Both the position numbers and the translations under genes were made by a program. The notes below the pieces were generated by a model that was not told the DNA's origin, ran no database searches, and worked only from the letters and a program-made list of their open reading frames with translations. Source: Nitriliruptorales bacterium (GTDB lineage Bacteria; Actinomycetota; Nitriliruptoria; Euzebyales; Egibacteraceae). From it: a DNA stretch of 64,000 nt. Positions 1 through 8,685 of the stretch are shown in pieces. The DNA lies in contig SKQL01000082.1 of NCBI GenBank assembly GCA_007119035.1, forward strand, positions 2,832 to 66,831, in the 5' to 3' direction. The first letter of the stretch is position 1. Each line of letters starts with the position of its first letter.

Positions 1-272
1 TCGCCTTCGACGAGAGTGTGCGCCTCACCGGGGGAGCGGCCGTGGCCCCTCAGCGCATCGTCGACGGCGCCGCCCGCGCGCGAGTGGGCGGCCGACTCGT
101 CGGCCGCGTGCACGAACGCCCTGGCGCCTTCCCGTGCCGCCGCGGACGCGGCCATCTTCGCGTCCACGACACCCCACGCGTTGGCCAGGAGCAGGGTGCC
201 GACCACGAAGACGAGGAATCCGAACGGCAGGACCTCCCAACCCGCAACCGCGCCCCGATCGTCCTCGATCAC
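1..272 (-). CDS. TadE-like pilus assembly protein (N-terminal part only; gene runs off the left edge)
   Basis: Not in the ORF track because there is no stop in the window. GTG at 272 overlaps the stop of the upstream ORF (GTGA). My translation is VIEDDRGAVAGWEVLPFGFLVFVVGTLLLANAWGVVDAKMAASAAAREGARAFVHAADES... It has one N-terminal TM helix followed by AAREGAR, which is typical of the TadE family. The frame stays open to position 1. Confidence 0.6.
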   Translation of the reverse strand, partial: MIEDDRGAVAGWEVLPFGFLVFVVGTLLLANAWGVVDAKMAASAAAREGARAFVHAADESAAHSRAGGAVDDALRGHGRSPGEAHTLVEG

Positions 273-661
273 CGAAACGCCTCGCGATGGGCGTGAAACG
301 TCCTTCGGACCACGCCCAGATCCAACGAGTCGCTCAACGCCCGAGGCAGCAACCGCGGCCGATCCGCGGTCAGCGTCAGCACGACTCGATCATCGTCCAC
401 GGCCCATGAGAACTCAAGCTCTGTCGATAGGCCACCGAGCAACTCCCTGGCCCGTCGCTCGGCGCCCTCGAGATCCTCGCCCGCCGCGCCTGCAGCCATC
501 TGGGCGGCATCGAAGCCCACCGCCTCGATGACGCTGGTGGTGTAGAGGTGCAGCACCACCTGGACCGACAGCATCATGAGGGAAAGGAAGATCCCCACCC
601 CGAAGACCGTGCTGAAGAGGCCACTGCCGTCGTCGCGCCTCAAGGCCTCACGACCCGCCAC
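269..661 (-). CDS. TadE/TadG-like pilus assembly protein
   Basis: ORF 269..700. Hydrophobic N-terminal helix LFSTVFGVGIFLSLMMLSVQVVL, located directly after the pilin gene in the tad operon. Start is uncertain: GTG 661 or TTG 643 (5 nt after the pilin stop) look more likely than ATG 700. Confidence 0.55.
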   Translation of the reverse strand: MAGREALRRDDGSGLFSTVFGVGIFLSLMMLSVQVVLHLYTTSVIEAVGFDAAQMAAGAAGEDLEGAERRARELLGGLSTELEFSWAVDDDRVVLTLTADRPRLLPRALSDSLDLGVVRRTFHAHREAFR

Positions 662-857
662 CGATCTGGTCCACCTGCTCGCCGATGGTGGTCGTCGCAC
701 CGTCCATGATCACATCGAAGGCGACCCACATCGCTACCCCGAGGAACGCGATCACGAGTATGGCGATAGCAGCGGAGATCACCCCCTCTCCGCGCTCCGA
801 CGCAAGGCCTCCGGTGCGGTCCCGCACCCATCGCTCGAAATTATTGAACCAGGTCAT
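648..857 (-). CDS. Flp-like (type IVb / DUF4244-like) pilin candidate, 69 aa
   Basis: Only the last 69 codons of the spurious 387-aa ORF 648..1811 look real: MTWFNNFERWVRDRTGGLASERGEGVISAAIAILVIAFLGVAMWVAFDVIMDG... This reads as a charged leader, a Gly, then a 20+ residue hydrophobic helix. A GGGAG RBS lies about 9 nt upstream of ATG 857. The gene sits between tadC and the tadE genes. Confidence 0.55.
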   Translation of the reverse strand: MTWFNNFERWVRDRTGGLASERGEGVISAAIAILVIAFLGVAMWVAFDVIMDGATTTIGEQVDQIGGGS

Positions 858-934
858 AGACGTTGCTCCCTGTCTCTCGACGCACTGGACAATGAATGCT
901 TCGCGGGTGCACCGCACATCCTCCCTGTGGATGA

Positions 935-1846
935 TCACGGTGTGGTCCCGAACTGACGCAACGCCTCGATGAACGGGATCATCATGAAGATGACGCCCGG
1001 CAGGAGGGTCGCGACGGTCACGGGGATCCAGACCTGCTGTCCGCGGCGCTCGATGCGCTCGAGCAGCTCCCGGTGCACGTCCGCGCGGATGCTCCGAGCC
1101 TCCTCCGAGAGCAGTCGCCCGAGGTCGGTCGCCTCCCTGTTGAGGGCCATGACCGCCACGAGGCGGTCGACCGCGTCGACCTGGGCCGTGGTGGCCCACT
1201 CGTCGAGGGCGGCCCGCTCCGATAGCCCCTGACGCAGCCGCTGAGACACGCGGACGAGATCGGTGGCGGAGGCGCCGCTGCTCCGCGTCGCCACGCGGTT
1301 GATCGCTCCCGTGAGGGAGTAGCCGGCCGACAGCAGCATGGCGATCTGCTCGGTCACCACGGGCAGCTCGAGGAACAACCGCCGCTGCCAGCGCTCGGAG
1401 GCGATCGCAACCTGGTGCTCGGAGACGAGAAAGGACAGGAGAGGCGCGCCGAGGAGGAGCAGCAGCAGCACCGGCGGGGGCGGGCTCGTGGCCAGGGCGA
1501 GGAGGGTGGACCCGCCCAGGGCCGCGAGCGTCCAGCCGATCTGACGCACCCGGAAGGCGGTGACGTCGAGGGGGGAGTGGATGCGTCGGAGGCGCAGGGA
1601 CAGCTCCTCCCCGATCCCCAGCATGCGCGAGAGCTTCCCACCCACCGCTCGTGAGAGCGGACCGATCGTCTCCGCGAAGGACTCGAATGAGAGCGCGCCC
1701 CCACGGCGAGGGCGGCCCGCACCACCCGGGACGTAGCTCGCTAGGCGGTCGACGAGGCTCGGGCGGGCGAACCACCGCAGGCGGGACAGCAGAAGCGTGG
1801 ACCCCGCCCACAGCATCAAGCCGGAAATCGCGAGGGTCCTGCTCAT
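935..1846 (-). CDS. tadC: Type II secretion system F family protein TadC
   Basis: In-frame ATG at 1846 (MSRTLAISGLMLWAG...) overlaps the tadB stop (ATGA). Polytopic membrane protein with the GspF-like core SAGYSLTGAINRV and a C-terminal TM segment. Operon context supports the call. Confidence 0.8.
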   Translation of the reverse strand: MSRTLAISGLMLWAGSTLLLSRLRWFARPSLVDRLASYVPGGAGRPRRGGALSFESFAETIGPLSRAVGGKLSRMLGIGEELSLRLRRIHSPLDVTAFRVRQIGWTLAALGGSTLLALATSPPPPVLLLLLLGAPLLSFLVSEHQVAIASERWQRRLFLELPVVTEQIAMLLSAGYSLTGAINRVATRSSGASATDLVRVSQRLRQGLSERAALDEWATTAQVDAVDRLVAVMALNREATDLGRLLSEEARSIRADVHRELLERIERRGQQVWIPVTVATLLPGVIFMMIPFIEALRQFGTTP

Positions 1847-2727
1847 CGGTAGAACACCCGCCGCTCGCCGGGCAGGGTCATGATCCGCCCGGCCCACACC
1901 CAGCACGCGGCCATGATCGACAGTCCCACCAGCACAGCGGCCTGACCGCCGGCCGTGGCGTACGCGGGGCGACCCGCACCGATGGAGAGCCCCGCGATCG
2001 CCATGCCCAAGGGGACGATCAAGACGAACCAGCGGGCGAACTTCGCGCCCGCTTGCTTGGCCTGCGCATCCTTGCGACCCTGGAGATCCTGCATCCGGTC
2101 CTCGGTCAGGGCGCTGAGGCGGCGATCGAGATCCGCCCCACCGACCTCGTGGGCGATCAGGAGCGTCTCGCACACGGAGTCGGCGGTCGCGTCCGCGAGC
2201 TGCTCCTTCAGGACCGCGAGCGTCCCCTCGAACTCCGTGGAGATCAGCCACTCCCGGCGCGCGGCGGCAAACGCGGGGCGCAGCTCCGGGGGACCCGCCT
2301 CGCCGACGTTGAGCAGCGCCTGCGGGACCGACCTGCCCATCGTGGTTGCTTGGAGCCGAAGCTCCTCGAGCATGCGGGGCCATCCCTCCCGCGCCTTGTC
2401 CCGTCGTCGTGCGCGGCTACTCCTGGCCATGCCGATCGGCAGGAATGCCCCGCCCACACTGACGAAAGCGGGTACGAGGACGCCGCCGAACACGGCGTAG
2501 GCGACCGCGCCCCCCACCAGGCCGAGGACACCCATGACCGCGGCGAGCTCGACCAGTCGCACGTCTGCGAGCCCCGCCTGCGCGAGGTACTCCGCGATTC
2601 TCGGCCGACGCGAGCGCCGACCCCCTACCGCTGGGCCGAATCCGATGCCCTCCCAGCCGAATGCGAATCGCGTGTACAGGAGGAAGACCCCATACCCAGC
2701 GAGCAGGGCGAGCACGAGGCCGATCAC
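1843..2727 (-). CDS. tadB: Type II secretion system F family protein TadB
   Basis: 294-aa ORF with N- and C-terminal TM segments and a GspF-like cytoplasmic domain. It has 4-nt overlaps with both tadA and tadC. Confidence 0.8.
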   Translation of the reverse strand: MIGLVLALLAGYGVFLLYTRFAFGWEGIGFGPAVGGRRSRRPRIAEYLAQAGLADVRLVELAAVMGVLGLVGGAVAYAVFGGVLVPAFVSVGGAFLPIGMARSSRARRRDKAREGWPRMLEELRLQATTMGRSVPQALLNVGEAGPPELRPAFAAARREWLISTEFEGTLAVLKEQLADATADSVCETLLIAHEVGGADLDRRLSALTEDRMQDLQGRKDAQAKQAGAKFARWFVLIVPLGMAIAGLSIGAGRPAYATAGGQAAVLVGLSIMAACWVWAGRIMTLPGERRVFYR

Positions 2728-4034
2728 TGCGCCGCCCCCTCGGTGCTGGCCTGCGCGAGCAGTGCCGCGAGGTCGACCCCCGCCTCCTCGAAGGCCCGTT
2801 GGGCCCTCACGGGAAGCTCACCGGTCCACGCCAGTCGGCTGCCTGGGCCCTGGCGCGTGAACAGGGTCGTGACCGTGAACGCGGAGGCCTCCGGGCCCGC
2901 CTGCAGGTCCTCAACGCTCAGTATCTCGCTGACCTGCACGACCCCTCCGACCCGTTCGGTGTGGACGACGAGGTCGATCGACTCCGCCACGAGGCTGTTG
3001 AGGGCCACCAACGGGAGCTCGCTGGATGTGTCCGCGAGTTGGCAGATGAAGCGCAGGCGCGTGAGGGCCTGCCTGGCCGAGCCCGCGTGGATCGTGGTGA
3101 AGCCCTTGACGCCCGAGGAGAGGGTGAGCAGGAGTGGCAGTGCCTCCCGGTCGCGCACCTCCCCGACGATCGCTACGTCCGGCGCCATGCGGAGGAAGCC
3201 CGAGACGAGGCGTCGGAGGTCGACCGCGGGCCGGTCGGAGCGCGCAGCCCGTGTCTGCATGGAGGCGACGTTGGGCAGCGGCACATCGGCCTCGAAGACC
3301 TCCTCCGCGATCACCACGCGGAGGGCGGGATCGAGCTCGGCGGCGCAACAGCTGAGCAAGGTGGTCTTGCCCGATCCGGGGGCTCCCGCGAAGACCATCG
3401 AGAGTCGGGCGCGCACGCTGGCCCGCAGGAAGGCCGCGGCGGCGGCGGTCAGCATGTGCCGATCCACGAGCTCCTCGAGAGTCCGCAACGACATCCCGGT
3501 GAACTTGCGTATGTTGATGAGCACGTGACCGTCACGACCCACGTCGCGGTGGGCGATGTGCAGCCGTGCCCCGCTCTCGAGCTGGGCGTCCTGCAAGCCT
3601 TCCGAGGGATCGAGCTTGCGATGCGATGCGGATGCGTCCTCCAGCACCTTGGTCAGCGTGCGGACGACATGCTCGTCATCGTGGAAGACCTCGTCGTGGT
3701 AGCCGCTGCGGCCCTCGTGGCGCTTCACGAAGATCGCATCCGGCGCGTTGACCATGATCTCCCACACGTCGTCGTCGGCCAGTAGGGGGGCGAGTGGGCC
3801 ATATCCGGTGAGGTTTCGCAGGGCACGATCCACGACGACCTCGGGGTCGGCGATGTCGAAGGCGTGCAGTCCCCGCTTGTACTCCTCACTCCACCGCGCG
3901 ACCTCCTCATCGAGTAGCTCGCGCAGCCGCTGCCCCGCCTCTACCTCGCCGGAGTCGAGATCCATCGTCTTGGCACGGTCCTGCACCGCGCGCTCGATCT
4001 CGGCGAGGGGCGATGGCCAGCGCTCGTCTCTCAT
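2724..4034 (-). CDS. tadA: Tad pilus secretion ATPase TadA/CpaF
   Basis: ATG 4034 (MRDERWPSPLAEIE...) overlaps the tadZ stop (ATGA). Walker A GAPGSGKTT, Walker B/Asp box VVIAEEVFE..VGEVRD, and His box TIHAGSA are present. This is a VirB11/GspE-superfamily architecture. The 626-aa track ORF is an upstream over-extension. Confidence 0.9.
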   Translation of the reverse strand: MRDERWPSPLAEIERAVQDRAKTMDLDSGEVEAGQRLRELLDEEVARWSEEYKRGLHAFDIADPEVVVDRALRNLTGYGPLAPLLADDDVWEIMVNAPDAIFVKRHEGRSGYHDEVFHDDEHVVRTLTKVLEDASASHRKLDPSEGLQDAQLESGARLHIAHRDVGRDGHVLINIRKFTGMSLRTLEELVDRHMLTAAAAAFLRASVRARLSMVFAGAPGSGKTTLLSCCAAELDPALRVVIAEEVFEADVPLPNVASMQTRAARSDRPAVDLRRLVSGFLRMAPDVAIVGEVRDREALPLLLTLSSGVKGFTTIHAGSARQALTRLRFICQLADTSSELPLVALNSLVAESIDLVVHTERVGGVVQVSEILSVEDLQAGPEASAFTVTTLFTRQGPGSRLAWTGELPVRAQRAFEEAGVDLAALLAQASTEGAAQ

Positions 4035-5326
4035 CTCCACCCTCCTCGCTCTTCCGTCCAGGTCGGCAGGGAACCGGGACTCACCAGCTCGGGCTCGCTC
4101 CCTCCTGCCTCCGCGCGCTGACCGTGCCTCTCCAGTAGCCCCGCCCACGCTCCGGCCAACACGTTGGCAAGCGCCGGGGGCAGTGCGACCCCGTCCCGGA
4201 ACGCGTCGTCGACACTGCGCCGGGGCAGGAAGACGGCAGGGTGCGTACCCGCGTCGCCGCGGAGATCGGTCAACGTGCGCGTGAGCGCAGCCCGGGCTCT
4301 CGGAGCCCTCGGTGCGTGACTGAGCGCGGGGATGACCCGCTCCCGGGCCACGCCCGCGTCGTCGAGCTCGGCCAGCAGGCTCACGAGGGAGTGCAGTCCT
4401 TTCATCGTCGGCTGTCCCACCGCGAACACGACAGAGGCCTGGGCGGCTGCGGTCCGCGCCATGAGGTTGCGCTCCTCCACGTCTGCGGACCCACCCGCGG
4501 ATTCGTCCTCGAAATCGGCGGTGACGTCGCAGACCACGGCGCCGAACGTCCGACGCAACGACATGAAGGCCGCCTCGAAGGAGCGCGGGCGGATGGACGC
4601 CCAATAGCGCGGCCGTCTGATGCCGAGCAGCAGGTGGTAGCCGCGCTCGGGGATCCGGTAGGTGTGGGCTCGGACCTCGTCGGCGCTCAGGTGTTGGCCG
4701 CGATGCGCTTCGACCAGCTCCTGCACTCCCGACACCACATCCCGCGCATCGTGCAGCATCGCCTGCTCCGCTTTGAGGCAGAGATCCGCGAGCAGGACGG
4801 GCCCGCGCACGGCCCGCGCCGCACTCAACCCCTGCGCGAGGGCACTGGCCGCCGTCGATACCCCCGTCCCCCCGGGCCCGCAGACGAGCCCCACAGGGGC
4901 CAGGGCGGTGGGCATCTCCTGAGGGCCCTCAGGACCTGGTGGCACCGTCTCACCGTCCGCGACCATGGCGGCGCATCCACTCAAGCTGTCGAGCAGCTGC
5001 GCCCGATCGAAGCTCCCCGGGAGCACAGCCGCCGCGCCGAGATCATCCCAGGGACGCCCGACCCCCGGTGACTCCACGACGATCGGGGCGACGCCCGCGT
5101 CCCGGACCGCGCTCAGCAGGTCACGATCGACCGAGGGCAGCCCACCGTCAAGCAGCGCCGCGCTCCATCTGCGCCCGGCAGCGAGGTGCGCGCGAAGCTC
5201 CTCCGGGGACACACACTTGATGAACTCCGCGGGCACCGCCCCCGAAGTGGTCCAGGCGGAGACCGCCCCGAACCATTCACATCGCGCCCGCGCGAGCCCG
5301 ACCACGACGAAACGCGGCTGACTCAT
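4031..5326 (-). CDS. TadZ/CpaE-like (Ssd-like) ParA/MinD-fold pilus localisation protein, degenerate P-loop
   Basis: 431-aa ORF. The N-terminal ~130 aa are receiver-like, followed by a MinD/ParA-like domain whose P-loop position reads GPGGTGVST, with no Lys residues. It sits between cpaB and tadA and overlaps both by 4 nt. Confidence 0.65.
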   Translation of the reverse strand: MSQPRFVVVGLARARCEWFGAVSAWTTSGAVPAEFIKCVSPEELRAHLAAGRRWSAALLDGGLPSVDRDLLSAVRDAGVAPIVVESPGVGRPWDDLGAAAVLPGSFDRAQLLDSLSGCAAMVADGETVPPGPEGPQEMPTALAPVGLVCGPGGTGVSTAASALAQGLSAARAVRGPVLLADLCLKAEQAMLHDARDVVSGVQELVEAHRGQHLSADEVRAHTYRIPERGYHLLLGIRRPRYWASIRPRSFEAAFMSLRRTFGAVVCDVTADFEDESAGGSADVEERNLMARTAAAQASVVFAVGQPTMKGLHSLVSLLAELDDAGVARERVIPALSHAPRAPRARAALTRTLTDLRGDAGTHPAVFLPRRSVDDAFRDGVALPPALANVLAGAWAGLLERHGQRAEAGGSEPELVSPGSLPTWTEERGGWR

Positions 5327-6030
5327 CGACCGTTGCTCCCGGCGCCCCGGGAAGTGGTGCGGAGCAATTGGAGCTGTCCGTTGTTGAGGGCCCCCGTGAT
5401 GGCCAGCGCATCGTCGCCGGGCTCGAGTGCGATGGTGAGCACCAGGCCAGTGCTCCCGGTGAGCCCCCCGTCACCATGGTCCACCTCGATGAGCAGGATG
5501 TCGCTCGCCACCGTCACCGCCCTTTCCACGCCTCCAAAGGTCGCGAGCACGTCGATGCGGTCGCCTGCCTTGAGACTGCCTCCCACAGCACGGGCAGGCT
5601 CGACAGCCAGCGACATCTCCTCGTGGCCCCGCACCTGGCTCTCCGCGATGTGGGTGGCGAGGACGATGTCGCCGGCTGACAGCGGAGCCACCGCGATGGT
5701 GCCGACGACGGGGCTGTCGTCGACGAATGCACGCGCGCCCAGTTCCGGCGGCACGTCGAAGTCCGCGACCGTGACGTCTCCTGGCCGGACCTCCTGACCC
5801 GCGACGATGTCGCGGCTCGCGAGGACCCAGGACTGCTCCGGCCCGCTGGTCACCTCCAGGTAGGCGGCGAACACGCTCACCGCCGCGCCGGCGACGAGGA
5901 AGCCTCCGACCAGTGCCCTGCCGCCCGGCAACCCCTTGCGTCGCAGGAGCAGGCGCGAGTCGTTGCCCCCCTGCCCTGTCCGCGTGGGCGTAGATGTCGA
6001 TCCGGGGCCTACGCGCGTGGTCGATGCCAT
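5323..6030 (-). CDS. cpaB: Flp pilus assembly protein CpaB/RcpC (SAF domain)
   Basis: In-frame ATG 6030 (MASTTRVGPG...) with a GGGGAG RBS. Single TM segment LVGGFLVAGAAVSVFAAYL, then a SAF-like segment ASRDIVAGQEVRPGDV and a RcpC-like C-terminus. The AT-richer region 6031..6135 looks like promoter rather than coding sequence. Confidence 0.75.
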   Translation of the reverse strand: MASTTRVGPGSTSTPTRTGQGGNDSRLLLRRKGLPGGRALVGGFLVAGAAVSVFAAYLEVTSGPEQSWVLASRDIVAGQEVRPGDVTVADFDVPPELGARAFVDDSPVVGTIAVAPLSAGDIVLATHIAESQVRGHEEMSLAVEPARAVGGSLKAGDRIDVLATFGGVERAVTVASDILLIEVDHGDGGLTGSTGLVLTIALEPGDDALAITGALNNGQLQLLRTTSRGAGSNGR

Positions 6031-6163
6031 ATCTACTCCCCGTAGTGAATAAAACACTAAAAGTAGCAGCACGCAACGCGCAGCACAATAGGCCACTTCT
6101 CGAACTTCAGCCCCTCGAGCCTCTCCTGTTTCCACACGCGGGCGTGGTATAGCATGAGGTGGT

Positions 6164-6427
6164 ATGACAGATCAGGAGAACTCAAGTCCCTCAGGAGCAT
6201 CCGGCCCGATCGAGTGGCTCGGGACCGCGGAGGCGGCCCGCCACCTCGGCATCACCACCCGCACGCTGTACCGGCTCATCAACGAGGGGCAAATCCCCGC
6301 CTACAAGTTCGGTCGCGTCTTCCGCCTCAAGCACAGCGACATCGAGCAGTTCATCGAGGACAGCCGGGTCGAGCCGGGCTCCCTGGACCACCTCTACCCC
6401 GACGCGCGCCAGGGCGCGCCGGAGTAG
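6164..6427 (+). CDS. Excisionase-family (MerR-like) helix-turn-helix DNA-binding protein
   Basis: 87 aa. AEAARHLGITTRTLYRLINEGQIPAYKFGRVFRLKHSDIEQFIE is the classic excisionase-type HTH. GAGGTGG RBS. Divergent from the tad operon. Confidence 0.75.
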   Translation: MTDQENSSPSGASGPIEWLGTAEAARHLGITTRTLYRLINEGQIPAYKFGRVFRLKHSDIEQFIEDSRVEPGSLDHLYPDARQGAPE

Positions 6428-6442
6428 CTCCACGGCGCAGGG

Positions 6443-7057
6443 CTAGTCGAGCTCGACCGCGATCTCGCTCAGTGCACCGAGCCGGACGTAGCACAGCTCC
6501 CCGCGTGCGCCACCGAGTCGCACCGTCATGAGGTCACGGCCGACGCTCTGGAGACGCCCCGCCACAGGCTGGGGGTCCATCCCCGCGAGCACGGTGACGC
6601 GGGGCCGCTCAGGGGCGAGGTAGCCGAGGGCCTCCTCGAGCGTCCGATCCGCCTGGGGTCGCCGACTGCCGGGATCCGTCGAGACCATCCCCGCGGAGCT
6701 GCGAACGGACCCGATCGCAGCGAAGGCGAGGTAGATCCACCGCCGGTCCGCCGACTCAACCGCGCAGAAGTCACAACCGACCCCGACGACCACCCCCTGG
6801 TGGGAGCGCCCCGCGAGCGTCCGGACGTTCACCGGGACGCTCGACTCCGCGAGGTCGCGGAGCGTACCCGCGAGCGTGCTCTCCTCCGCAGCCTGCTCGC
6901 GCAGCGCCCGCTCGCGGGCCCGCTCCGCACCGCCTGCCCGCGCCCGCTCGTCGTCGAGCATGCGACGCAGCGCCTCGTCACCATCCACACGCAACTCCCC
7001 CCTCGAGGGCACCGTCCGAGCATACCGGGACCTGCTCCGGTGCCGGTCGGGTAGCAT
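6443..7057 (-). CDS. Hypothetical protein with an internally duplicated small beta-rich module
   Basis: 204-aa ORF with coding-like composition. It has a charged helical N-terminus followed by two similar ~45-aa segments. I recognise no family, and the start is uncertain. Confidence 0.4.
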   Translation of the reverse strand: MLPDRHRSRSRYARTVPSRGELRVDGDEALRRMLDDERARAGGAERARERALREQAAEESTLAGTLRDLAESSVPVNVRTLAGRSHQGVVVGVGCDFCAVESADRRWIYLAFAAIGSVRSSAGMVSTDPGSRRPQADRTLEEALGYLAPERPRVTVLAGMDPQPVAGRLQSVGRDLMTVRLGGARGELCYVRLGALSEIAVELD

Positions 7058-7083
7058 TCGGCCACTGATAAAGGAGACAGCTG

Positions 7084-7950
7084 ATGGCCGGAGTGGAGGG
7101 ACGAGTCGTCGTGGTGACGGGGGCCGGTGGGGGCCTCGGCCGCTCCCACGCCCTGCTGTTCGCCCAGCACGGAGCGAAAGTCGTGGTCAACGACCTCGGC
7201 GGGGACCGCGCGGGCAGCGGCGGGGGAACCTCGATGGCGGACAAGGTCGTCGCGGAGATCACCCAGGCGGGTGGGGAAGCGGTCGCGAGCTACGAGTCGG
7301 TGGCGGACGCGTCAGGCGGCCAAGGGGTGATCGACACCGCCCGCGACGCCTTCGGCGGCATCGACGTGGTCGTGAACAACGCGGGGATCCTGCGTGACGT
7401 CAGCTTCCAGAAGATGACCGAGGCGCAGTGGGACACCGTCCTGCGCGTCCATCTCTACGGGACATACAACGTCACGCACGCCGCGTGGCCCCACATGCGG
7501 GAGCAAGGCTTCGGGCGGGTGATCGTCACGACCTCGACCAGCGGCCTCTTCGGCAACTTCGGCCAGGCCAACTACGCCGCGGCGAAGATGGGGCTCGTCG
7601 GCCTGGCGAACACGCTCGCGATCGAAGGAGCGAAGTACGGCATCACCGCCAACGCGGTCGTGCCCATCGCGGCGACCCGGATGACCGAGGACGTTCTCGA
7701 CCCCGACGTCCTCGAGCGACTCGATCCCGCCTACGTCTCCCCGCTGGTGGTGCACCTCGCCACCGAGGAGTGCACCGACACCGGCCAGGTGGTCCTGGCC
7801 GGCGGTGGCGCCTACTCGCGCCTCGCGCTCATGCAGGCGCCCGGCAAGCGCTTCCCGGACGTGCCGACAGTGGAGGAGCTCGCCGCCTCCTGGGACGAGG
7901 TGACCGACCTCGAGGGCGCGACCCTCGGCCACAACCCACTCGACAAGTAG
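7084..7950 (+). CDS. SDR-family oxidoreductase, MFE-2-type (3R)-hydroxyacyl-CoA dehydrogenase-like
   Basis: TGAGGGLG cofactor motif, NNAGILRD, and catalytic S..YxxxK (NYAAAK). The overall pattern resembles 17beta-HSD4-type SDRs. Confidence 0.8.
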   Translation: MAGVEGRVVVVTGAGGGLGRSHALLFAQHGAKVVVNDLGGDRAGSGGGTSMADKVVAEITQAGGEAVASYESVADASGGQGVIDTARDAFGGIDVVVNNAGILRDVSFQKMTEAQWDTVLRVHLYGTYNVTHAAWPHMREQGFGRVIVTTSTSGLFGNFGQANYAAAKMGLVGLANTLAIEGAKYGITANAVVPIAATRMTEDVLDPDVLERLDPAYVSPLVVHLATEECTDTGQVVLAGGGAYSRLALMQAPGKRFPDVPTVEELAASWDEVTDLEGATLGHNPLDK

Positions 7951-7959
7951 GGCGCGCCG

Positions 7960-8685
7960 ATGGGTCGGTGGCCGCGCCGGGCCCGCAACGATCCAGCCCA
8001 GTACGACGACATGGCTGCCCAGTGGTGGCGGCCCGACGGGCCGTTCGCCGCTCTGCACTGGCTCGCTGCTGCCCGCAGCGCCCACATCCCGCCCAGCAGC
8101 AGCGACACCGCCGTCCTCGTCGATCTCGCCTGCGGCGCGGGCCTCATGGCCCCCCACGTCAGCGGATACCGGCACATCGGTGTCGACCTCAACCAGGAGG
8201 CCCTCCGTCAAGCCCTAGCGCACGGCGTCGAGGCGATCCGCGGCGACATCACCCGCCTGCCGCTGCCCGACGGCGTCGCAGACGTGGTCGTCGCGGGTGA
8301 GATATTCGAGCACGTGCACGATCTCCGGGCAGCGGTGGCGGAGACCTCCCGCGTGCTCGCCGCGGGCGGGACGCTCGTGATCGACACGATCGCTGCGAAC
8401 CCCTGGTCGCGGATCTTCAGCGTCCATGTGCAGGAGCACCTCCCGGGCGGGCCGCCGCCCCGCATCCATGACCCTGCGCTGTTCGTGTCCGCCCGCCCGC
8501 TGCGCAGGCTATTCGACGAGCACGGCGTGACGCTGCGGACAAACGGCCTCAAGGTCCACCCCCTCGACTACCTGCGCTTCCTCCGCGACCGCACGAGGCC
8601 GGTGCGGTTCCTGCCGGGCCGCGCATCCTTGTCGCTCTATCAGGGCATAGGCTGGAAGCGCGACGAGGGACAGGGGAGTGGTTGA
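7960..8685 (+). CDS. Class I SAM-dependent methyltransferase (UbiG/UbiE-like)
   Basis: SAM motif I VLVDLACGAGLM and post-I/II motifs (DVVVAGEIFEHV, GGTLVI). Its stop overlaps the start of the downstream type III PKS. Confidence 0.75.
   Translation: MGRWPRRARNDPAQYDDMAAQWWRPDGPFAALHWLAAARSAHIPPSSSDTAVLVDLACGAGLMAPHVSGYRHIGVDLNQEALRQALAHGVEAIRGDITRLPLPDGVADVVVAGEIFEHVHDLRAAVAETSRVLAAGGTLVIDTIAANPWSRIFSVHVQEHLPGGPPPRIHDPALFVSARPLRRLFDEHGVTLRTNGLKVHPLDYLRFLRDRTRPVRFLPGRASLSLYQGIGWKRDEGQGSG

Noticed and set aside
6164-6427. Excisionase-family HTH gene as a possible marker of an integrated mobile element.
   Set aside because: I could find no integrase, recombinase, transposase, phage gene or flanking direct repeat nearby. 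Stand-alone excisionase-type HTH regulators are common in actinobacteria.
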